This document shows positions 54,993 to 64,000 of a stretch of 64,000 nucleotides of DNA, one piece after another. Each line of letters starts with the position of its first letter. Position 1 is the first letter of the stretch. The stretch lies in contig OZ024747.1 of NCBI GenBank assembly GCA_964016885.1, positions 69,502,001 to 69,566,000 of the forward strand. The letters are read 5' to 3'. Below the pieces are notes generated by a model. It searched no databases. It was not told the DNA's origin and worked only from the letters and a program-made list of their open reading frames with translations. The stretch is from Eledone cirrhosa. Its lineage: Eukaryota. The position numbers were made by a program, and so were the translations under genes.

Positions 54993-57944
54993 ATATGGAA
55001 CCACCCATGTAAACTCATGATCAGACCAGAACCTGATTGATATTGAAACAGTTGTAATATGCAATAAAGTTTTCATAACAAGCTACAAATCTGACTTCCT
55101 ACTCTCTCTCTCTCTCTGTCCCTCTCGCTCTGTCTCTGTCTGTCTCTCTCTCTATATATATAGAGAGATATAGATATAATGTGTGTGTATGTATGTACAA
55201 TGTATGTATGTATTTGTGTCTGTGAGTGTCTGTGTGTGTAGTCTAACAGGTTTCAAAACAGTTTATATAAAAGAAAAACTACATGTTTATATTTTACTGG
55301 GAATCGAAACCTGTGGATCTGGGAAATGGCCAGACTATTGCACCAATAATTTAATTTAAAGAAACTGGAATTGAACCAAATAAGTGAAGAGGTGTTCAAA
55401 TTCTATATTCAGTGGAAGTTAACCATCAGCAAACATTGCAAACATTAATACTTGTGGGTTTGATGGTTGTAAGAATGAGGTAGATCATGGCAAGGATAAG
55501 ATGATGATGATGGTGATGGGGATGGTGATAGTGGTGGGGATGGTGGTAATAGTGGTGCTAATGGCGGTTGCACGGATGGGAAAGAAAGAAAGAAAGGAAA
55601 AGAAAAGAGTAAATGACAGAAAGGGAGAAAGAAAAAAAAAAGAATCAAAGCAGTATATTTGCACCTCCAATACATTCTTCATATTTCTTATCATCAAATC
55701 ACACTCGTCGTGTTCACACTTCAAACAATAAACGCTTTGAATAAAGTAATCCACTATGCAGATGTTAGCACTAACCAGCTTTAGTGACCACATATGTTTA
55801 ACAGTGGTCAAAATGTCGCAAGCAAGATATCAGCTAGTTTTTCCAGGCCAAATCTATTATTTTATCTTTAACTCTGAATGAATATCTTCTAATATTATAG
55901 AAAGTCTAAAATCCAGCTAATTATGGATTACTATCTTTCAGTCCACCGGCTATACTATTCTTTAGTGCATTGCATCAAAATGAAACCAAAAGCAAACCTT
56001 TTTCAATGTAAAATCTTTTCTCTGAGCAAATTTGTGGTCTAATTCCTTAACAATTTCTACTCTTACTATCATACTAACATGGCTTCTTTTTCTTTAGAGT
56101 TTTCTGGCACTCTCCCAATCCTCTTACTTTATATTTAGCATCGCACCTATCACCAACCATACTTTACGTTCAAACTTTCCTCATGAAAGCATTCCTATTG
56201 TATCTACTATATCTTTGTCTCATATTAGATTTATTTTCTTCCACATATATTCACAGCATATATTTCACCTACAGAAATAATTGTTATAATGAACAGTTGA
56301 GTATCTTCCCGTCGCACACAGATTCACATCAGACCTATAATTAGCGCTGCACTTTGCAGTATCAAGTAGAAGAGACAAAAAATGTCCTCCACTCCCTTGG
56401 TCAGAGAACATCAGTCTATTTACTTTAGGCAATATTCCCAGAAGACCTAGTACGTATTTTCCACAATTAGGAGGAGTGGAATATATGGAGTTAAATGTAC
56501 TTTCCCCAACACAGAATCAAACATCTACTGAAAGCGTCTCCCCTCTACACTGGACTATTGGTGGTTACATTAAAGAAATTAGGCTCGTTCTTATGAAGAC
56601 TAATTCAACAGAAAATTAAACCTCATTTTGGACACATATTAACAAAGCAATATAAAAGAAATTGTGCACCAGGGATTATCCTGGATATATAATGAATTGG
56701 TAATGGAACTAATCAATAGATATTTTGTTTAGACAACAGAGCTATCTTTCTACACATTGAGTTTAATATTATAGACCATATATTTTGAATTAATCAAAGA
56801 TTTCTATATGATTAAGAAGACAGAACATATTAAAAATATTTATAATAATCAACCTTCCAACTGAACTCTCTGCAGTGGTTAACAAAAAAGGAATCTCATA
56901 TCCCCACTAACTACTAGCCGTTCACCTTTACTTCAACAGTTCAAATATGTTGTTAGAAATCCACCTGTTTTCTCCTCAGATGCTACCGTCATAGCTAGAT
57001 ATAAACACTACCATAACTAATAGAAATATTTTCTGTTTCATCTGAACGTTTCTTCTAACATTACTATAATTGTTTCTCAGATCTTTTCAACAAATATTCT
57101 CAAATATTTCACGTTCTCCATGTGAGTTCTTCTGATATTCCAGGTCCCTCTATGAAACTAGGTTTCTAGATTCGTTCATGTTTCATTGACATGGTCACTT
57201 GAACAGAGAACTACATAATCATAATTTATTGAACATTGTCCCTTCTCTAAAACTGAACATTCTCATATTCTGGAGGAAACAAGTTCCATAATTTCTAGTT
57301 TATTTTCTTGTTGTTAATTTGTCACATACGTATTTTTTGTAGTTTGTGTATATATTTGCAGAACTTGCAATGAAGGACATATTTACCATACAACCTGTAA
57401 TACAGAAATTATAACATGGATTACCATGTGTTGTATCAGTTTAAATCATTAACAAACTTAGGTCATGATCAAAGTTTTCAGAATCCTTTCATTTACAAAG
57501 CATAAACTAATAGAATAGACTATCTTATGCAACGTTATCTTAGAGAAGAGAGATGCAGTTTAGGCTCAGTGAGCGATGAGAATACTGGTGATCGAATACA
57601 TGAGACAGTCGAATGTAGGAGACAAGACTATGATCGGTATGTACATGTAATTGGAATGGAAAACAAATTCTAAGCTGAACTATATCAATGATGCATTTTT
57701 ATTATCTAGCATCTTGTATGTGCAGATCGAACAAATCTATAATGAAAACAATTCCACTCATGACAATCCAGTTATTTTTCTGGTATTATGTGTCTCAAAT
57801 TATATTATCCAATACTGTTTATATCTAAATTAGTGGGATGTGTTTGAAGGAAATCTGCCTGCTGTTTATAACACGTCAAGTGACCATATACATATACAAA
57901 TAAATATATATGCATATATATGTATATATACAAATATATATATA

Positions 57945-58259
57945 ATGGGTAATGTGTAAAGACCCCCGCTCCGGTTGACCATGTGATTTGCACCTAGAAA
58001 GCTCTTCTCCGAGGTGTAAGTTCAAGCAAGTTTATTTGTGAAAGTCCAGCAGTCTTACTGATGTTGTCCAAGGGAAAGGCAAATATTGATACAGCTAGGC
58101 ACCAGTGACGTCACAACTCATTTCTACAGCTGAGTGAACTGGAGCAACATGAAATAAAGTGTTTTCCTCAAGAACACAATGCAAAGCCTGGTCCAAGAAT
58201 TGAACTCAAAACCTTATAATTGTAACTCCTACACTCTAAGCACTAAGATATGCACCTTC

Positions 58260-58260
<1 letters not shown>
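57945..58260 (-). mobile_element. SINE S2-related; further heads at 59010-59155, 59215-59420, 61415-61556 and 63625-63725
   Basis: Recurrent CATTTCTACAGCTGAGTGAACTGGAGCAA..TGAAATAAAGTGT..CTCAAG..GAACTCA..CTAACCACTAAG. Confidence 0.75.
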
Positions 58261-58304
<44 letters not shown>

Positions 58305-58819
58305 TATATATATATATAAGCCCACCAGTTAAGCTTAAATTGCTTTGCTAGGTCATTTTAACTATCAAAATGGCTGATACTTGACCATCAAACATTATCT
58401 AATGAATAATACTTTCACAGTAATTCTTTTCATATATTGCTTACCCAGTTTAATAATGCACTTATTGAACGTCTGACAAGTAATAGCTCATCCATCCATC
58501 CATCTATCTATTTACTTAACAGTTAGCTAGATATTTTAGACAGATAATTTAACAGTGCCCCACCCCTATCTGTATATATATTCATCCACACATATTTATA
58601 TATATAGAGAGAGATAGGTAGACAGGCACGTGCTTGTTTTATTTCTTTTATACATGCTTACACAGCCCACCTGCCATTCAAACTTGGATAATTACCTGGA
58701 ACATGGATTACCATTACCATTCAGATTGCCAGATTTCAAACTGCTTTTTTACTTACAATCCCTCGATTCGATTAGTCAAAACATAGAGGGCTCTCTGTTG
58801 AGATTTTACCAAATTTTTA

Positions 58820-58990
58820 TATCATCATCATCATTTTACGTCCGTTTTTCCCTGCTTGCAAGGGTTGGACGGGAACTGGTTCTGGCTTGATTTCTACAGC
58901 TGGATGCCCTTCCTAACTCCAACCTCATTTACAGTGAGTGTTGGGTGCTTTTTTGCCGTGGCACCTCCACAACCACTTTACAGTGGAATG
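58820..58990 (-). mobile_element. RTE 3' UTR fragment
   Basis: Reverse complement of parts of 60480-60746 (TTAGGAAGGGCATCCAGCTGTAGAAATCAAGCCAG, (GAT)n tail). Confidence 0.75.
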
Positions 58991-59494
58991 ATATGGACCC
59001 AGTCCCTATCATCTCATTTCTACAGCTGAGTAAACTGGAGCAATGTGAAATAAAGTGTCTTGCTCAAGGAAACAACACATCACCCGGTCTGAGAATTGAA
59101 CTCACAACCTTTCGATTGCAAGGCCAATGCTCTAACCACTAAGCTATGTGCCTCCATCTATATATATACATATATTTACATATCTAAGTCTAAAGGCTTA
59201 TTAGAAAGGTGCTTATCCTGGTTTCATGGCCTGAAGCAACTGAGAGTACAAGATTTGCCCCTACCAGTCCATCGCATGGTTAAGTATGAGTATACTGGAG
59301 CAACGTGAAATGAAGTGTTTTGGTCAAGAACACCACATGCAACCCAGCCCAGTAATCGAACCCACAATATTATGATATATTATGTTAGACCAACACCCTT
59401 ACCACTAGGCCACCCACCTCCACATATTTACATATGCATGTATTTATATCTATATACACATATGTATGTCTATACATATATGTGTGTGTTTCAG

Positions 59495-59702
<208 letters not shown>

Positions 59703-59980
59703 GTAGGAGGTGAGTTTTATTGTAGTACAATAAAGCAATGCAGATATCGGATAAGAAGCACTCTACAGTTTGTGGGACTGGAGTATGCATAATATAAGAT
59801 CAAAAGATGGTTAAAGGAGTTCCATATATTTTATTATGCGCATTTCAAAAACAAACATCATCAAGCAATAATATTTGTGTTTTCATCAGATAAAACAGGA
59901 GAACATGATATGAAGGCTAAAAAACACTTGTTGATAGTGCAGTTTTAAATCAACATATCATATATGTATATATATATATG

Positions 59981-60036
<56 letters not shown>

Positions 60037-60040
<4 letters not shown>

Positions 60041-60748
60041 GACCTGGTAGTGAGACCTGGGCGCTGAAGGTGGAAGACTTACGTAGATTAGAGAGAAACG
60101 AAGCCTGCATGCTCCGATGGATGTGTAACAGTAATATACGTGAACGACAAAGCATAAATGAATTGAGAGAGAGACTGAGCATAAGAGGAATCAAATGCTG
60201 CGTGCAGGAGAGGCGGTTACGCTGGTATGGACATGTGATGCGTATGAAGGATGACAGCTGCATAAAAAGGTGCAGAGCACTAGAAGTTGATGGAAACCGC
60301 GGAGTGGGGAGACCCAAGATGACTTGGGATGAGGTGATAAAAGCCGACCTTACCCAACTACACCTCTCAAAGTCAATGACACACGACCGTGACTTCTGGC
60401 GTCACGCAGTAATACAGGGTACCCGACCTCCCATGGGTACATGCTGAAGCATATAAACGATATGCCCCCCCCCCCCCACCGCAAAGTGGTCGTGGAGGTG
60501 CCACGGCAAAAAAGCACCCAGCCCACACTGTAAAGTGGACGTGTAGGCGCCACGAAAAAGCACCCAGCACTCACTGTAAATGAGGTTGGTGTTAGGAAGG
60601 GCATCCAGCTGTAGAAATCAAGCCAGATCAGTTCCTGTATGAGCAAGGCATGGTCAGCCGACCAGACACTGCCCACAACAGGACAACCCGTCTAACCCAT
60701 GCTAGCGTGGAAGAACGGACGTAAAACGGTGATGATGATGATGATGAT
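60037..60748 (+). mobile_element. RTE-clade LINE 3' fragment (ORF end at 60447, 3' UTR, (GAT)n tail) in (TA)n
   Basis: GSETW..ERNEACMLRWMC..RRLRWYGHVMR..GRPKMTW..DRDFWR. Confidence 0.88.
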
Positions 60749-60767
60749 ATATATACATATATATATG

Positions 60768-60819
<52 letters not shown>

Positions 60820-60825
60820 TATATG

Positions 60826-60915
<90 letters not shown>

Positions 60916-60927
60916 CATATATATATG

Positions 60928-61007
<80 letters not shown>

Positions 61008-61013
61008 TATATG

Positions 61014-61067
<54 letters not shown>

Positions 61068-61147
61068 CATATATATATGTATATATATATATGTATATAT
61101 ATATATGTATATATATATATACATATATATATATACATATATATATG

Positions 61148-61193
<46 letters not shown>

Positions 61194-61205
61194 CATATAT
61201 ATATG

Positions 61206-61251
<46 letters not shown>
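60749..61251. repeat. (TA)n microsatellite
   Basis: Read directly. Confidence 0.97.
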
Positions 61252-63295
61252 TTCAATGCAATCCAGGGCCTTTTCACTCCTATCGGAGGAAAGCCTCCCT
61301 GATTGACCTCCTCCATTTTTTGTTTTGGTGTTGCTCATGTCAGGGGTGCAGCTGTACTCACCATGCTTGGCTAATTATGGGTTGGTGAGGGTATTTAACC
61401 CATACTTGGGTAAATTCATTTCTACAGGTGACTGAACTTGAGCAATGTGAAATAAATTGTTTTGCTTAAGAACAACGCAAAGCCCAGTCCGAAAATCAAA
61501 CTCACAACCTCAGGATTATAAGCCTGATACTCTAACCACTAAACCATGTGCCTTCACATTATATATATATATAAGAAGAAGACGGGTGAACTGTATTACG
61601 TTGAGTACTCTCCATAATATTACATCGAGATTGACCATACGGAATGACCAATTCCATCCAGTGGTGAACCAACAAACCTAAATAAATATATATATATATA
61701 TATTTAAACACACATATGCCCAGGTATATATTAGCAAAATGGGTTCATAATAAAGTATGAACATTAATATGGTGAATATAATTATGCCTTTTTCTTATCA
61801 TTCAAAGAATGACCTTTCCTAAAGAAATGTTGTCTAAATTATTTCATTTCAATGAATAATTGCTTGATAAATTGCTATTTCTGTGGATTTGCCTGAGACT
61901 ACAACAATCACTATTACTTCTACTGGAATTACTGCTGCTAATATTCAATTGTTTTTGTTGTTGTTCTTTTTTTGTTTTGTTTTTACTCTTACAATTTCTA
62001 CTACTACTATCATCCATGCCACTATGTCTAATGATACCTTCAAGTAATTTTAATTCAATTAATGCTTCCCTTACTGCTACTATTGTTTCCAACTGGTGTT
62101 AAGATGTTACAACTAGAATCAGTTCTTGTTGACTAGTTACAGTGACAATTCAACTGCATTAATTTCGCAGTTACCATTAAGCCATTCAAATTAATTCCAC
62201 ATTTTGCCTTTCTTTACTCATTTCATAAGCTCTTCCTATCATTATTTTATAATTTTTATTATTTTAATATTCTTTAAATCTTACTTAATTACCATAAAAC
62301 ATACAAAAGAAAATTTATGTAATTTTTAAATTGAATTTTTTCCCTAAATCAAGTGAATGCATTAATTATTGATTTTAGTTTCATTCCCAGATCGTAGAGT
62401 TGTATTTGTTGCATTTGCAAACTATTTGGCTGCTATGTCTAGCAGGGCAAGCAACCACATGGTGGTTTTTATCATTCTTTTTCTGATATATATAATATTT
62501 AGTTTAATAAGAAAATGGTTGGGTAAAATTGCTCACAAACACCTGCTGGATGAAAATGTACTTCTAATGTGGTGCTAGTATATTGTATTAAGCCAAGAAA
62601 CTTTAATAATCATTACAGCCTAAGTGATGGGAACAACCCTTTTCTAAATGACTAACTCTGGCAATAGAATATCAGGCAAGGGGACACAACCTTGAATTAT
62701 CAATACAAATTAATTGAATTTGGAGTGTCAGACTGATATTCATCACTATGAGTACAATTTCAAACATTGTCTGGTGATCTTACTCTTTAGTGAGTGGCAC
62801 ATGGCTAAATTTGGGATATGTGCAGATAGCCCTGTTTTAAATAAAAGGGGTACTATATAAGAAAGAAATGAAATTACAAAAAAACAAAAACAAAAAAAAG
62901 CCTATTTTTAAGGATCAGGCATAAAATGCCAATTGTGTCCATAGATTTAATGCATGTGTGCTTGTAATACACAGAGCAAGTGAAATAGAGTTATCTTTTT
63001 TTCTTTATTATTATTTTGATACCAAGCTGCCTGAAGCCACACTTTTTTTTTCTATATTAAGCTGTGAATGTTTCAGTTTATCTAAAAACCTTGCATCATA
63101 ATCATGTAAGAAACTTTGTTAGGTTATGCTTTAAACATATAAGAATGAACAAGTTAATTATATTACTAAATCCTTCCAAAATTTTCAAAATTACTTGAAA
63201 GTCATAGGCAGTGTTTTTCATTAAAAATAGGGTGGTAAAAGTGTTTTTTTTTTTTAATCAACATAACTAAACTAAAATAAATGCCAAAACTAAAC

Positions 63296-63485
63296 TTAAC
63301 CCTCTCTCACCTCTTTCAATTCTAACTGGCCATAACCAGCTGCTCATACATATGTTAAGGTATTGTTCTCAAAATAAAATAACATCAAAATCTCATAGAT
63401 TCAATATTAAGTGAGATATTATGTAAGATAAAGCCTTTACCATGAAAATACTATATATGGAGTAATGTAAATGCTAAAGGGTTAA
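63296..63485. mobile_element. TTAA-flanked piggyBac-like MITE
   Basis: TTAA-CCCT...ATGCTAAAGGG-TTAA. Confidence 0.6.
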
Positions 63486-63728
63486 AGAGCAAGATTTATT
63501 TGTTCAAATTTAAAGTTTGCCTCATTAGATCACAGCTTATCCAGTTTACATGAAATCTCAAAAGACTGACAGCATAAGGTTTAACATCAGTTCATTGGAA
63601 AGTCATCCTCCAGCTGTTAATATGGTGGTACTCATTTTTCCAGCTGTGTGGACAGGAATAATGGGAAATGAAGTTCCTTGCTCAAGGTGCAAATATGCTA
63701 TCTGGTACAGGGATTAAAAGCATGAATT

Positions 63729-64000
63729 TCATCATCATCATCATCGTTTAACGCCCATCTTCTACGCTTGCATGGGTTTGGACGGGAATTTTCCCACTTG
63801 AGGCAAGATTGGTTATCCTGCTCATATAGGACTGTCTGGTGGGTTTTCTACGGCTGGATGCCCTTCCTAACACCAACCATGTTTACAGTGTGGACTGGGA
63901 GGTTTTTACCGTGTTACCTACACGGCCACATTACAGCGTGGACTGTGTGTTTTTTTGTCGTGACACCTTCACGTCTGGCGGGTTTTCTACGGCTGGATGC
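63729..64000 (-). mobile_element. RTE 3' UTR/tail running off the window end
   Basis: (ATC)n then CGTTTAACG..GCTTGCATGGGTT..CTGGATGCCCTTCCTAACACCAACC, related to 60540-60746. Confidence 0.75.

Noticed and set aside
55950-57400. Possible highly decayed LINE coding sequence on the minus strand
   Set aside because: No continuous frame or diagnostic motif could be read with confidence.

Overview
AT-rich, gene-poor, repeat-dense animal DNA. The repeat repertoire (huge (TA)n tracts, tRNA-derived SINEs, RTE tails ending in (GAT)n, TTAA MITEs) suggests an octopod cephalopod, which is an inference. No intact host gene is supported. Most long ORFs in the track are microsatellite artefacts. The real coding content is retroelement-derived: two Penelope-like elements (PLE; RT plus C-terminal GIY-YIG), a near full-length Tx1-like LINE plus a truncated relative, a Dong/R4-like RLE element, a CRE-like fragment, RTE fragments and a CR1/L2-group 3' end. 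The main hidden layer is RNA-level. At least six sequence-distinct families of type I hammerhead ribozyme (HHR) motifs sit in or beside the microsatellites. The best candidate for an undescribed system is a non-coding 548-bp head-to-tail array (8007-9287) with one HHR per unit and + strand G-U-rich hairpins, which looks like a retrozyme-like circular-RNA element. Also notable are an HHR with a non-canonical CAGAAGA core in three copies, many palindromic HHR micro-insertions, and three LINEs stacked in what appears to be one (TTA)n tract. All RNA folds were paired by eye and none was computed.
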